Both the position numbers and the translations under genes were made by a program. The notes under the pieces were generated by a model. That model saw only the letters and a program-made list of their open reading frames with translations, was not told the DNA's origin and did no database searches. A stretch of 64,000 nt of DNA from Alphaproteobacteria bacterium (GTDB taxonomy: Bacteria > Pseudomonadota > Alphaproteobacteria > Rickettsiales > UBA8987): contig JAUIFA010000004.1 of assembly GCA_030429625.1 (NCBI GenBank), positions 205,568 through 269,567 on the forward strand, written 5' to 3'. Position 1 is the stretch's first letter. Each line of letters begins with the position of its first letter. Below, in pieces: positions 34,944 through 44,428 of the stretch.

Positions 34944-34958
34944 TTAATATTTAGTTAA
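34944..34958. promoter_or_regulatory. CtrA-box-like motif TTAA-N7-TTAA
   Basis: TTAATATTTAGTTAA in the AT-rich tolQ/carA intergenic region. It could be a chance match in AT-rich DNA. Confidence 0.15.
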
Positions 34959-35048
34959 TATGTGTTATATTACGTGTATAGATGTTAACAATTTGATTAC
35001 CCTTGGGAGAGAGTAATAAAAATAACAACTATGATTTAAGAGAGAGAT

Positions 35049-35156
35049 ATCAAGATCACCCCCCCTAATTGATCTTGTATGAGAACACAACATTTCCCCT
35101 AATGCTTGATGTTCTCTTTTATTTATGGCGCTACGCAATGTAGCGCCATTTTTCTT
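35049..35156 (+). ncRNA. Candidate small RNA (or cis leader): two stem-loops with C-rich loops plus an intrinsic terminator
   Basis: Hairpin 1 is 35051-35058/35070-35077 with loop CCCCCCCTAAT. Hairpin 2 is 35081-35087/35110-35116 with a loop containing TTTCCCCTAATGCTT. The terminator is at 35127-35156. No plausible ORF is present. The 5' end is unknown. Confidence 0.3.
35127..35156 (+). terminator. Rho-independent terminator
   Basis: GGCGCTAC, loop GCAAT, GTAGCGCC (8-bp GC-rich stem), followed by ATTTTTCTTT. On the opposite strand the trailing sequence is A-rich, so the element is oriented to the + strand. Confidence 0.55.
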
Positions 35157-35215
35157 TGGGCTGGCTATGGGGGGTTAAAGAGTGTTTTTTTCTGTAAGAT
35201 TCTGCCGATTTATTA

Positions 35216-35244
35216 TTGACAATAACGTGAATCACGCCTAGTTT
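35216..35244 (+). promoter_or_regulatory. Candidate sigma70-type promoter for carAB
   Basis: TTGACA (35216-35221), a 17-nt spacer, then TAGTTT (35239-35244), 26 nt upstream of the carA ATG. Confidence 0.35.
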
Positions 35245-35269
35245 CGCCAAAATTCACTAAGAGAGAAAG

Positions 35270-36460
35270 ATGAACACTGCACAAGAACATATATCTCCTG
35301 CAGACACGAATGCTGCGCTTGTTTTGGCCGATGGCAAAATATTTTGGGGGTATGGAGTTGGTGCAGAGGGCAAAACGATTGGTGAATTGTGTTTTAACAC
35401 CTCCATTACCGGATATCAGGAAATTCTTACCGATCCTTCTTATGCAGGGCAAATCATTACTTTTACCTTCCCACATATTGGCAATGTGGGGGTGAACGAT
35501 CAGGACATAGAAAAAGATAAGATAGCTGCGTGTGGCCTTATTGTACGTGAGGCAATTACCTCACCGGCAAATTACCGTGCTCAATCTCATTTGAACGATT
35601 GGCTGGTTCAAAAGAAAGTGACGGGAATTTGTGGTATTGATACACGTGCGTTGACCCGACACATACGCCTAAATGGGGCACAGAATGGTTATATTATCTA
35701 CTGTCAGAATGCGGAGATAGATATTTCTGCTGCGATGGAAGAGCTTAAAGATTATCCGTCCTTAAAAGGTATGGAGCTGGCGGGGAAGGTGACATGCAAA
35801 GAACCACATCAGTGGGATGAAAAATTGTGGGAAATAACCACTGGCTATCAAAAGCAGGATAAACCGAAATATCATATTGTGGCGGTGGATTTTGGGGTGA
35901 AATATAATATTCTGCGCCATCTGGCAGAGCGGGAGTGTAAGATTACCGTGGTGCCGGCAAGAACCAGTGCAGAAGAAATCTTTGCGCTTAATCCGGATGG
36001 GATTTTTCTTTCCAATGGGCCTGGGGATCCGGCAGCCACGGGAAAATATGCCTTGCCGATGATTAAAGAAGTGGTGAAGTCCGGTATACCGGTCTTCGGT
36101 ATTTGTTTGGGGCATCAGATGTTGGCTTTGTCACAAGGCTGTGGCACAGAAAAAATGCACCAAGGCCATCGCGGTGCCAATCATCCCGTACAAGATTTGG
36201 ATACGAAGAAGGTGGAAATTACCAGCCAGAATCATGGCTTTGTGGTGAGCGAAAACAATCTGCCAGAAAATGTTAAGGTCACCCATAAATCATTGTTCGA
36301 CGGCACGGTACAGGGCATTGCGCTGACCAACGCCCCGGCCTTTTCGGTGCAGGGACACCCCGAAGCTTCGCCCGGCCCGCATGACAGCGCCTATTTGTTT
36401 GACCAATTTATTGCCGCCATCGCAGACCATAAACAACGGGAAGAAAAGCAACATGCCTAA
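35270..36460 (+). CDS. carA: Carbamoyl-phosphate synthase small (glutaminase) subunit
   Basis: 396 aa. [17 protein letters not shown], and a GATase triad region GICLGHQ...HRGANHP...VQGHPE. Confidence 0.96.
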   Translation: MNTAQEHISPADTNAALVLADGKIFWGYGVGAEGKTIGELCFNTSITGYQEILTDPSYAGQIITFTFPHIGNVGVNDQDIEKDKIAACGLIVREAITSPANYRAQSHLNDWLVQKKVTGICGIDTRALTRHIRLNGAQNGYIIYCQNAEIDISAAMEELKDYPSLKGMELAGKVTCKEPHQWDEKLWEITTGYQKQDKPKYHIVAVDFGVKYNILRHLAERECKITVVPARTSAEEIFALNPDGIFLSNGPGDPAATGKYALPMIKEVVKSGIPVFGICLGHQMLALSQGCGTEKMHQGHRGANHPVQDLDTKKVEITSQNHGFVVSENNLPENVKVTHKSLFDGTVQGIALTNAPAFSVQGHPEASPGPHDSAYLFDQFIAAIADHKQREEKQHA

Positions 36461-39400
36461 ACGTACGGACATAAAATCGATTCTTATCATTGGCGCGGGG
36501 CCGATTGTCATCGGGCAGGCTTGTGAGTTTGATTATTCCGGAGCACAGGCATGTAAGGCCTTACGGGAAGAAGGCTATCGGGTGATTCTGGTCAATTCCA
36601 ACCCGGCAACGATTATGACCGATCCGGATATGGCCGATGCGACCTATATTGAGCCGATCATCCCACGCTCGGTAGAAAAAATTATCGCCAAGGAAAAACC
36701 CGATGCGATCTTGCCGACCATGGGCGGGCAAACCGCACTCAATTGTACATTGGAGCTGCATGCGCAAGGCGTGTTGGAGAAGTATAACGTACAAATCATT
36801 GGTGCGTCGATTGATGCTATTGATAAGGCGGAGAGCCGTTCACGCTTCAATGAAGCCATGGCGAAGATTGGGCTGGAAGTGCCACGTAATAGGGTTGTTG
36901 AGTCCATTGAAGAAGCCCGTGAATATCTTGCAAAAGTCGGGTTGCCAGCGATCATCCGTCCGTCCTTCACTCTTGGTGGTTCTGGTGGCGGTGTGGCTCA
37001 TACGGAAGAAGAATTTGAACAGATTGTTGCCAGCGGGCTGGAAGCTTCACCCACCACTCAAGTGTTGATTGATGAATCTTTGTTGGGCTGGAAAGAATAT
37101 GAAATGGAAGTGGTGCGGGATAAAAAAGACAATTGTATCATCATCTGTTCGATTGAGAATGTGGATCCGATGGGCGTGCATACGGGGGATTCTATCACCG
37201 TGGCTCCGGCGCTGACACTGACCGATAAAGAATATCAGATTATGCGTGATGCTTCGCTGGCGGTATTGCGGGAAATTGGAGTGGAAACAGGCGGTTCAAA
37301 CGTACAATTCGGGGTCAATCCGGAAGATGGGCGCATGGTGGTCATTGAAATGAATCCACGGGTGTCACGGTCTTCGGCGCTGGCCTCGAAAGCCACCGGA
37401 TTCCCGATTGCCAAAGTGGCGGCAAAGCTAGCAGTGGGATACACGCTCGATGAAATCCTTAATGATTGTACTAAAGCAACTCCGGCCTCATTTGAGCCAA
37501 CGATAGATTATGTGGTGACGAAAATCCCACGTTTTACTTTTGAAAAATTTACCGGTGCAAAAGCGGAGTTAACTTCGGCGATGAAATCAGTGGGTGAGGC
37601 AATGGCCATTGGCGGTAGTTTTGCTGAAAGTTTACAAAAGGCATTACGCTCTTTGGAAACGGATTTGGATGGGTTGGACGATAAGCCGGAGAGAGACTTA
37701 AAAGCTGAACTTTCCAAGCTCACCCCCAAGCGTATTTTGCTTATTGCCCAAGCTTTTAGAGAAGGATGGACGATTGAGCAGGTGGAAGAATGTACCGGTT
37801 GGGATCGTTGGTTCTTAGGGCAGATAGAAGAGATTGTTGCGGCCGAAGAAACAATAAGAAAAGAAGGGATTCCTGAAGGAAAATATCCACTTCTGGCTTT
37901 GAAGCAAATGGGGTTTTCTGACCGGAGAATTGGTAAATTATGCGGCAAAACCCATAAGGAAATTCGTGAGTTACGTCATAAGCTTGATGTGCGTCCGGTA
38001 TATAAAAGGGTGGACACATGCGCGGCAGAATTTGAAGCCATTACGCCCTATATGTATTCCACCTATCATGGGGCAGAAGATCGTGATTTTGGTTGTGAGT
38101 CAGACCCCACAGACAGAGAGAAAATCATTATTCTTGGCTCGGGTCCAAACCGAATCGGGCAGGGCATTGAATTTGATTATACGTGTGTGCACGCAGCATT
38201 TGCGCTCAAAGAAGCGGGCTATGAAACCATTATGGTCAATTGTAATCCGGAAACCGTTTCCACCGATTATGACACGTCAGATCGTTTGTATTTTGAGCCG
38301 TTGACTCAGGAAGATGTGTTGGAACTCATTGCCGTGGAACAGGCAACGGGTCACTTGAAAGGGGTGATTGTACAGTTTGGCGGGCAGACTCCTTTAAAAT
38401 TGGCCAGAGCGCTGGAAGAAGCCAATATCCCGATTCTAGGGACATCACCAGAAGCAATTGATCTGGCGGAAGACCGAGAATTGTTCAAAGCATTGTTAGA
38501 AAAGCTCAATTTACGTCAACCGGACAATGCCATTGCGGAATCCAAAGCAGCTTTGTTGGAAACCGTGGCTGAAATTGGTTATCCTATTGTGGTGCGCCCA
38601 TCCTTTGTGTTGGGTGGTAGAGCCATGCGGGTGGTGTTTGAAGAAGCCGGATTGCGGCAATATCTCGAAGATTTCCCCAATTGTTTCGATGGTGGGCCTC
38701 TGCTATTAGACGGATTCCTGCGCCACGCCATTGAAGTGGATGTGGACGCAATTTGTGACGGTAAGCAAGTCTATGTGGCCGGAGTGATGCAGCATATTGA
38801 AGAGGCGGGCATTCATTCGGGTGATTCTGCCTGTACGTTGCCGCCCTATAGCCTGTCAAATAAGGTGATTGAAGAGATTAAAAACCAGACCCGTGCCTTG
38901 GCACTGGAGTTAAAAGTTTGTGGCCTGATGAACGTACAATTTGCGGTGCAAGATGAAGATATTTATATTCTTGAGGTTAACCCTCGTGCGTCCAGAACCG
39001 TACCGTTTGTGGCCAAAGCCACAGGTGTTTCGGTGGCAAAGATCGCGTCTAAGGTCAAAGCCGGTGCTAAATTATCTGATTTTCCAGAATTGGAAGGGCA
39101 AGAGGAAAAACGCCTTAACCCAACGCATATTGCGGTCAAAGAAGCGGTGTTCCCATTTACCCGTTTCGCGGATGTGGATACGATCTTGGGGCCTGAAATG
39201 AAATCTACCGGTGAGGTAATGGGCATGGCATCAAGCTTTGAAGCCGCCTTCTCAAAAGCACAGCTGGGCGCAGGGTTTAAATTCCCAATGGATGGGACAG
39301 CTTTTATCTCGGTAAAAAATGATGATAAGGAATTAATCGTACCGATAGCGGCTATGCTTAAGGAAATAGGGTTTGACATTATTGCCACAAAAGGAACGGC

Positions 39401-39692
39401 TGAATTTCTTAAGCAAAAAGGTTTAGATGCTGATGTTATAAATAAGGTTATGGATGGCAGCCCGCACATTGTTGACCGCTTGAAAGAAGGCGCAGTACAG
39501 CTTGTGATCAACACCACGGAAGGGGATCAGTCTATTCTTGACAGTAAGTCTATCCGCCAGACGGCGCTGATGAACAAAGTCGCTTATAGTACCACAGCAA
39601 CGGGTGCGCGTGAGCTTGTAAAGTCGATTAAATTGCTAAAAAGTAATCATAGTCTTGAAGTTACCTCCTTACAGGATTATTTTGTAGCATAG
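36453..39692 (+). CDS. carB: Carbamoyl-phosphate synthase large subunit
   Basis: ATG at 36453 ([30 protein letters not shown]), overlapping carA by 8 nt; the track ORF starts 24 codons earlier in carA. Duplicated ATP-grasp halves and a C-terminal MGS-like domain. Confidence 0.97.
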   Translation: MPKRTDIKSILIIGAGPIVIGQACEFDYSGAQACKALREEGYRVILVNSNPATIMTDPDMADATYIEPIIPRSVEKIIAKEKPDAILPTMGGQTALNCTLELHAQGVLEKYNVQIIGASIDAIDKAESRSRFNEAMAKIGLEVPRNRVVESIEEAREYLAKVGLPAIIRPSFTLGGSGGGVAHTEEEFEQIVASGLEASPTTQVLIDESLLGWKEYEMEVVRDKKDNCIIICSIENVDPMGVHTGDSITVAPALTLTDKEYQIMRDASLAVLREIGVETGGSNVQFGVNPEDGRMVVIEMNPRVSRSSALASKATGFPIAKVAAKLAVGYTLDEILNDCTKATPASFEPTIDYVVTKIPRFTFEKFTGAKAELTSAMKSVGEAMAIGGSFAESLQKALRSLETDLDGLDDKPERDLKAELSKLTPKRILLIAQAFREGWTIEQVEECTGWDRWFLGQIEEIVAAEETIRKEGIPEGKYPLLALKQMGFSDRRIGKLCGKTHKEIRELRHKLDVRPVYKRVDTCAAEFEAITPYMYSTYHGAEDRDFGCESDPTDREKIIILGSGPNRIGQGIEFDYTCVHAAFALKEAGYETIMVNCNPETVSTDYDTSDRLYFEPLTQEDVLELIAVEQATGHLKGVIVQFGGQTPLKLARALEEANIPILGTSPEAIDLAEDRELFKALLEKLNLRQPDNAIAESKAALLETVAEIGYPIVVRPSFVLGGRAMRVVFEEAGLRQYLEDFPNCFDGGPLLLDGFLRHAIEVDVDAICDGKQVYVAGVMQHIEEAGIHSGDSACTLPPYSLSNKVIEEIKNQTRALALELKVCGLMNVQFAVQDEDIYILEVNPRASRTVPFVAKATGVSVAKIASKVKAGAKLSDFPELEGQEEKRLNPTHIAVKEAVFPFTRFADVDTILGPEMKSTGEVMGMASSFEAAFSKAQLGAGFKFPMDGTAFISVKNDDKELIVPIAAMLKEIGFDIIATKGTAEFLKQKGLDADVINKVMDGSPHIVDRLKEGAVQLVINTTEGDQSILDSKSIRQTALMNKVAYSTTATGARELVKSIKLLKSNHSLEVTSLQDYFVA

Positions 39693-39718
39693 AACTTATG
39701 TAAGTGAAGGATAGTGTA

Positions 39719-40192
39719 ATGGAAAAAATGCCTATTACGGCTGCAGGCTATGAGGCAATGGAAAAAGAATTGCATCAGTTGAAAACAATTGAACGTCCGG
39801 CAGTGATTGAACAAATTGCCGATGCCAGAGAGCATGGTGACTTGAAAGAGAATGCGGAGTATCATGCCGCGCGTGACAAACAAAGCTTCTTGGAAGGGCG
39901 GATTCAGGAATTGGAGAGTGCCATTGCGTTGGCCGATGTAATTGACGTTGTAGAGCTTTCAGGTGATCGGGTGGTCTTTGGTGCTACGGTGGAAATTGTG
40001 GACGAGGATACAGACGAAGAACATCGTTATCAAATTGTTGGGGAAATGGAATCGGATTTAGGAAAAGGTTTGATCTCTTTGAAATCTCCCATTGCCCGTG
40101 CGCTAATTGGTAAGGAAGAGGGGGACAGCGTGAAAGTACAAACCCCAGGCGGCACCAAGCACTATGAAATATTGAGTGTGTCGTTTGGATAG
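39719..40192 (+). CDS. greA: Transcription elongation factor GreA
   Basis: The ATG at 39719 follows GAAGGA. MPITAAGYEAMEKELHQLK...AREHGDLKENAEYHAAR coiled coil and a C-terminal SLKSPIARALIGKEEGDSV. Confidence 0.93.
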   Translation: MEKMPITAAGYEAMEKELHQLKTIERPAVIEQIADAREHGDLKENAEYHAARDKQSFLEGRIQELESAIALADVIDVVELSGDRVVFGATVEIVDEDTDEEHRYQIVGEMESDLGKGLISLKSPIARALIGKEEGDSVKVQTPGGTKHYEILSVSFG

Positions 40193-40197
40193 TTGCT

Positions 40198-41172
40198 ATG
40201 AGCAAGATATGGGTGCTAACAGACGATAGAACCGGGCATAACAACCAGTCCATCGCTGTGGCAGAAAATCTTGGTCTTCCTTATGAGATTAAAAAGATCC
40301 ACTATAATATTTTTGCTCGCTTACCCAATTTCCTAAAATCATCAGGGCTTACTGGTGTTGACCGCCACGTGCATGAGATATTTCCTCCATGGCCGGATCT
40401 GGTCATTGCTTCAGGGCGGCGTCTTGCCCCTATCGCCCGCTACATAAAGAAAAAATCCGGCGGAAAAACATTTTTATGTCAGATGATGTGGCCGGATTGC
40501 CCGGTGGAGGATTTTGATATTTTGGCGGTGCCGGAACATGATAAACATGTGGGAGATAATGTTATTACCACCATTGGTGCACCGAATAATATTACAAAAG
40601 AAAAATTGGCGGAAGCCGAAGCTCGATGGCTTAAAGACCGTGCATTGCCGACCCCACCGGTTATTACCCTACTTGTTGGTGGTGACAGTAGTAAGAGCCG
40701 GTTCACCCATCCCATGGCCATGGAACTGATACAAAGTGTGAAGAATAAAGTTCAGGAAGAGTGTGCCACACTTTTTGTCACGGTCAGCCGCCGAACGTCC
40801 GCGCAGAGGATTGAAGATATTAGACAGGAATTACCATCGGGAGCACATTTTTATAATCCGGCGGAAGAGAGTGAAGATAACCCCTATCTTTCCTATCTAG
40901 CGATGGCGGATGTGATTGTGGTCACGGGAGATTCAGTGTCGATGTGTACAGAAGCTTGTGCCACGGGCAAGCTGGTTTATATTTTTGATCCCACAGAATT
41001 CATTCCTGCCAAACATCGCAAACTGCACAGTTCTTTATATTACACAAAACACGCTCTTTCCTTTGATGATTGGGGGGGCTGGTATGCAGGTCATACACAA
41101 CCTAACACAGCACCGCTAAACGAGGCCATCAAAATTGCTAACACGATTAAAACCAAAATGGGTTTGAATTAA
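40198..41172 (+). CDS. ELM1 (mitochondrial fission ELM1 / DUF1022) family protein
   Basis: 324 aa. IWVLTDDRTGHNNQSIAVAENLG, LVIASGRRLAP, LLVGGDS and VTGDSVSMCTEACATGK resemble the ELM1/glycosyltransferase-like family found in alphaproteobacteria. Confidence 0.78.
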   Translation: MSKIWVLTDDRTGHNNQSIAVAENLGLPYEIKKIHYNIFARLPNFLKSSGLTGVDRHVHEIFPPWPDLVIASGRRLAPIARYIKKKSGGKTFLCQMMWPDCPVEDFDILAVPEHDKHVGDNVITTIGAPNNITKEKLAEAEARWLKDRALPTPPVITLLVGGDSSKSRFTHPMAMELIQSVKNKVQEECATLFVTVSRRTSAQRIEDIRQELPSGAHFYNPAEESEDNPYLSYLAMADVIVVTGDSVSMCTEACATGKLVYIFDPTEFIPAKHRKLHSSLYYTKHALSFDDWGGWYAGHTQPNTAPLNEAIKIANTIKTKMGLN

Positions 41173-41185
41173 CAGGATATTTCTA

Positions 41186-42187
41186 ATGGCGTACAAAGAA
41201 ATACAAATTTATTGTCCTAAGGAAAAATTTGACGAAATCGCGTTAATTGCCAGTCAACCTGAAGTCATAGAATTTCACAGTGCGTTACAGAAAGATAAGA
41301 CGACATATTTTTCACTTTTGGTTGCCTCAGAAAAAGTACAATTGATTACCGATCGAATCCAGCATGCGTTAGGTAAAAACCCGACCTATAGAACCATAGT
41401 GATGACAGTGGATACGGTCATTCCTAAGCCAGACGCTCAGAGTGAAGATGAGGCAGGTAAAAAATCGCAAAAATTTATTGGGGTCAGCCGTGAGGAGCTG
41501 TTGGAGATTATCTCAAAAGGCGTGATGCTTGACTATAATTTCTTTTTACTGGCGGTTTTTTCTACCATCGTTGCGGCCATTGGTCTGTTAGAAGATAACG
41601 TGGCGGTGGTCATCGGAGCCATGGTGATTGCGCCGTTGCTGGGGCCAAATCTGGCCTTAGCTTTTGCTGCTTCACTGGGCGATATGGACATGATGAAACA
41701 GGCGATCAAAACCAATCTTGTTGGGTTTTCCGCCTGTCTACTTGTTGCATTTTTGATCGGCAAATTATGGCCATATAATCTCGAAAGCCAGGAGCTTCTT
41801 ATGCGTACGGATGTGGGGTTTGATGGGGTAATTCTGGCCATTGTGTCCGGTGCTACGGCGGTGCTGTCCTTAACCAAGGGGATTTCCAGCGTGATGGTTG
41901 GGGTGATGGTGGCAGTAGCATTATTGCCTCCGGCAACAACCTTTGGCATTATGCTGGGTGCAGAAAAATGGCCACAGGCTTATGGTGCGTTCTTGTTGCT
42001 GACGGTAAACATTGTATGTGTAAATCTGTCGGCCAAGCTTGCCTTATTGTATAAGGGAGTAAAGCCTCGCACATGGTACGAAAAAAAATCTGCCAAAAGC
42101 ACTATATTTTGGTATTTACTGTTTTGGGCTATTGCACTTTCGGTCTTGTTGGTAGTGATCTATTTAAAAAGTAACAGTCAGGTGTAG
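41186..42187 (+). CDS. TIGR00341/DUF389 family membrane protein
   Basis: 333 aa. A soluble N-domain followed by multiple TM helices with the VIGAMVIAPLLGPNLALAFA signature. Confidence 0.75.
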   Translation: MAYKEIQIYCPKEKFDEIALIASQPEVIEFHSALQKDKTTYFSLLVASEKVQLITDRIQHALGKNPTYRTIVMTVDTVIPKPDAQSEDEAGKKSQKFIGVSREELLEIISKGVMLDYNFFLLAVFSTIVAAIGLLEDNVAVVIGAMVIAPLLGPNLALAFAASLGDMDMMKQAIKTNLVGFSACLLVAFLIGKLWPYNLESQELLMRTDVGFDGVILAIVSGATAVLSLTKGISSVMVGVMVAVALLPPATTFGIMLGAEKWPQAYGAFLLLTVNIVCVNLSAKLALLYKGVKPRTWYEKKSAKSTIFWYLLFWAIALSVLLVVIYLKSNSQV

Positions 42188-42188
42188 C

Positions 42189-43376
42189 TCAGACGTACAT
42201 TCCTGCGCTGTTGCCCGATGCCCATGCCCACTGGAAGTTATACCCTCCTAGCCAGCCGGTGACGTCCACCACCTCCCCGATAAAATACAAACCCTTCACT
42301 TTCTTGCTTTCCATTGTTTTGGAAGATAATTCGTTGGTATTTATTCCGCCTCTGGTGACCTCAGCCTTGGCATAACCCTCTGAATCTGAAGGAATTAGTG
42401 TGAAGTTATGGAGATGATCGGCAATTTCTTCGAGTTCTATTTTTTTACATTCGGCCAAGATTTTCTCGCAAGGAAATCTCTCTAGCCATAGGCCTACAAA
42501 ACGTTTTGGGAAGAGTTTGCTCAGTACAGTGGAGAGCTGTGATTTGCCATTTTGTTTTGCTTTGAGCAGCTCTAATACATCATTTTCTGGCAGGAGATTG
42601 ATCGTAATTGCATCACCCTTATTCCAATAGGAGGAGATTTGTAAAATTGCCGGTCCGCTAAGCCCTCTGTGGGTAAATAGAATATTTTCTCGGAACGATA
42701 CGCCATTGCAGTTCACCACTGAATCTATAGAAACACCACTTAAGCTTTGGCAGAATTCCAAATCCTTACCATCAAGTTTTAAAGGCACAAGGGCGGGCTC
42801 TGGTGTGATGATGTCTATGCCAAATTGTTTGGCGATTCTAAAACCGAAATCACTGGCTCCCATCTTCGGGATAGAAAGCCCACCGGTAGCAATGACCAAA
42901 CTTGTGCAGATAAACTCACTATTTGAGGTTTGTAGAATGAATTCATCAGGTTTCTCGATGCTCTTAATCTCACAATCCACTAGGATCTCGCCGCCATTTT
43001 GGCGCACAAGCGCTACAAGCATCTCAATGATTTGCTGAGAGGAATCGTCGCAAAAGAGCTGGCCATGTACGTCTTTGTGCACGTTCTTTTCATGGAACAA
43101 AATACCGTGTTTTTTGACCAAGGCGATAAAATTATGGGGTGAGAAGCATGACAAAGCAGATTTACAAAAATGCGGGTTTTGGGAGATGTAATTCTCAGGT
43201 TGGGCATAGAGGTTGGTAAAATTGCATCGTCCCCCGCCGGAAATACGAATTTTCTCACCTATTTTTGGGTTTTTCTCAATCAGTAGGACAGAACGTCCTC
43301 GTTGGGCAGCTTTATACGCACAAAACAAACCAGCCGCTCCGGCTCCAACAATGATAACATCATATTTTTTAGGCAT
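42189..43376 (-). CDS. HI0933/YhiN (BaiN-like) family NAD(P)/FAD-dependent oxidoreductase
   Basis: 395 aa. YDVIIVGAGAAGLFCA, ISGGGRCNFTN and C-terminal LYFIGEVVDVTGWLGGYNFQWAWASG. Confidence 0.85.
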   Translation of the reverse strand: MPKKYDVIIVGAGAAGLFCAYKAAQRGRSVLLIEKNPKIGEKIRISGGGRCNFTNLYAQPENYISQNPHFCKSALSCFSPHNFIALVKKHGILFHEKNVHKDVHGQLFCDDSSQQIIEMLVALVRQNGGEILVDCEIKSIEKPDEFILQTSNSEFICTSLVIATGGLSIPKMGASDFGFRIAKQFGIDIITPEPALVPLKLDGKDLEFCQSLSGVSIDSVVNCNGVSFRENILFTHRGLSGPAILQISSYWNKGDAITINLLPENDVLELLKAKQNGKSQLSTVLSKLFPKRFVGLWLERFPCEKILAECKKIELEEIADHLHNFTLIPSDSEGYAKAEVTRGGINTNELSSKTMESKKVKGLYFIGEVVDVTGWLGGYNFQWAWASGNSAGMYV

Positions 43377-43767
43377 TGCTAGTTTCTATGGATCTAGGTT
43401 TACGGTTTTCATCTACGGAAACAAAAGTAAACACCCCTTCAGTGGCCTTGGCGTAACAATCTTCAAATTGTCGTTTGATCCATGCTTCAACTTTAATGGT
43501 TATAGAGGTTTTACCCTGTTTGACCACTTCGCAATAACAGCCAATCGTATCTCCTACAAATACTGGCAGATGAAACTCCATCGCATCGATGGCCACGGTA
43601 ACGGTACGTCCACCAGCAATTCTGCTTGCTAATAAATATCCTGCATTGTCCATCTCACACAGTAGCCAGCCACCAAAAATGTCCCCTGACGGATTGGTGT
43701 CCTTAGGCATACACAATGTGCGGGTCATCATCTCACCGCAAGGTTTCTCCATATTACAAACATCCAT
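43369..43767 (-). CDS. Acyl-CoA thioesterase, hotdog fold (YciA-like)
   Basis: 132 aa. PKDTNPSGDIFGGWLLCEMDNAG...VTVAIDAMEFHLPVFVGD. The true start may be an internal ATG a few codons downstream. Confidence 0.85.
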   Translation of the reverse strand: MDVCNMEKPCGEMMTRTLCMPKDTNPSGDIFGGWLLCEMDNAGYLLASRIAGGRTVTVAIDAMEFHLPVFVGDTIGCYCEVVKQGKTSITIKVEAWIKRQFEDCYAKATEGVFTFVSVDENRKPRSIETSNA

Positions 43768-43874
43768 AATCTTACCTATTGTTATCGTTGTGCCACATTA
43801 ACATGGGCATCATTTTATGGAAACCAAATTTAGGAGAATATGTTTTGAAATTGGACATATGAAAGAATCTTAAA

Positions 43875-43949
43875 TGGAGCGGGTGAAGAGATTCGAACTC
43901 TCGACTTCGACCTTGGCAAGGTAGCGCTCTACCCCTGAGCTACACCCGC
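43875..43949 (-). tRNA. tRNA-Gly (anticodon GCC), CCA encoded
   Basis: The reverse complement reads GCGGGTG TA GCTC AGGGGTA GAGC G CTACC TTGCCAA GGTCG AAGTC GAGAG TTCGAAT CTCTT CACCCGC T CCA. It folds as a cloverleaf and is closely similar to E. coli tRNA-Gly(GCC). There is one U28:C42 mismatch in the anticodon stem. Confidence 0.92.
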
Positions 43950-44044
43950 TCTAAATAAGAGTTGGGCAGTATAGACAATGTTTTTTCTTTTGCAATAAGA
44001 AATAATAATGTTATATGTCATTTTTAGGAAAAATTGGTAAGATT

Positions 44045-44230
44045 ATGGCAGAAAATAAAGAAATATCTCCAGAATTGCTTAAGATTCTCGTATGCCCTTT
44101 GACCAAAGAAGCGTTGATTTACGACAAGGAGTCACAGGAACTTATCAGTAAAAAAGCCTCTCTGGCTTACCCTATTCGCTCGGGAATTCCTATCATGCTC
44201 ATTGACGAAGCACGCAAAATAAAAGATTAA
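44045..44230 (+). CDS. Trm112/YcaR (UPF0434) family protein
   Basis: ATG at 44045, 61 aa. [46 protein letters not shown] is the family signature. Confidence 0.8.
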   Translation: MAENKEISPELLKILVCPLTKEALIYDKESQELISKKASLAYPIRSGIPIMLIDEARKIKD

Positions 44231-44376
44231 TAATAGCCCAGATCTCTGAGCGCTTGAACAATTTCGGACAAAGATTTTGCCTTTAAAACAACATTGCCTT
44301 TCTCGTCTTTATCGGCAAGTTTCACGTCCAGCATAAATACCGCCTCTTTTAATATTTCTTCAGGTTTTCTGCCCAT
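44227..44376 (-). CDS. Hypothetical 49-aa protein ([49 protein letters not shown])
   Basis: Below the ORF-track cutoff. AAGGAA lies 5 nt upstream of the ATG at 44376. It begins 52 nt downstream of mnmA on the same strand, and its stop overlaps the trm112-like stop. Confidence 0.25.
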   Translation of the reverse strand: MGRKPEEILKEAVFMLDVKLADKDEKGNVVLKAKSLSEIVQALRDLGYY

Positions 44377-44428
44377 CACATTCCTTAATATCTAGTCTGG
44401 CGAGGATAGCATATTCTGGGTATTTCGT

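Noticed and set aside
35003-35050. The purine repeats GGGAGAGAG / AAGAGAGAGA upstream of carA, considered as PyrR-type binding loops or a leader-peptide attenuator
   Set aside because: They are a poor match to the PyrR consensus (RUCCAGAGAGGYU). The short ORFs here (7, 13 and 18 codons) are not enriched in Arg or pyrimidine-pathway-relevant codons. PyrR attenuation is not typical of alphaproteobacteria.
36644-39517. Minus-strand ORFs inside carB (for example 37508-37948 at 146 aa and 38963-39517 at 184 aa)
   Set aside because: They are antisense shadows of the highly conserved carB frame.
41533-41949. A 138-aa minus-strand ORF
   Set aside because: It is antisense to the TM region of the DUF389 gene. 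Its hydrophobic mirror composition is typical of shadow ORFs.
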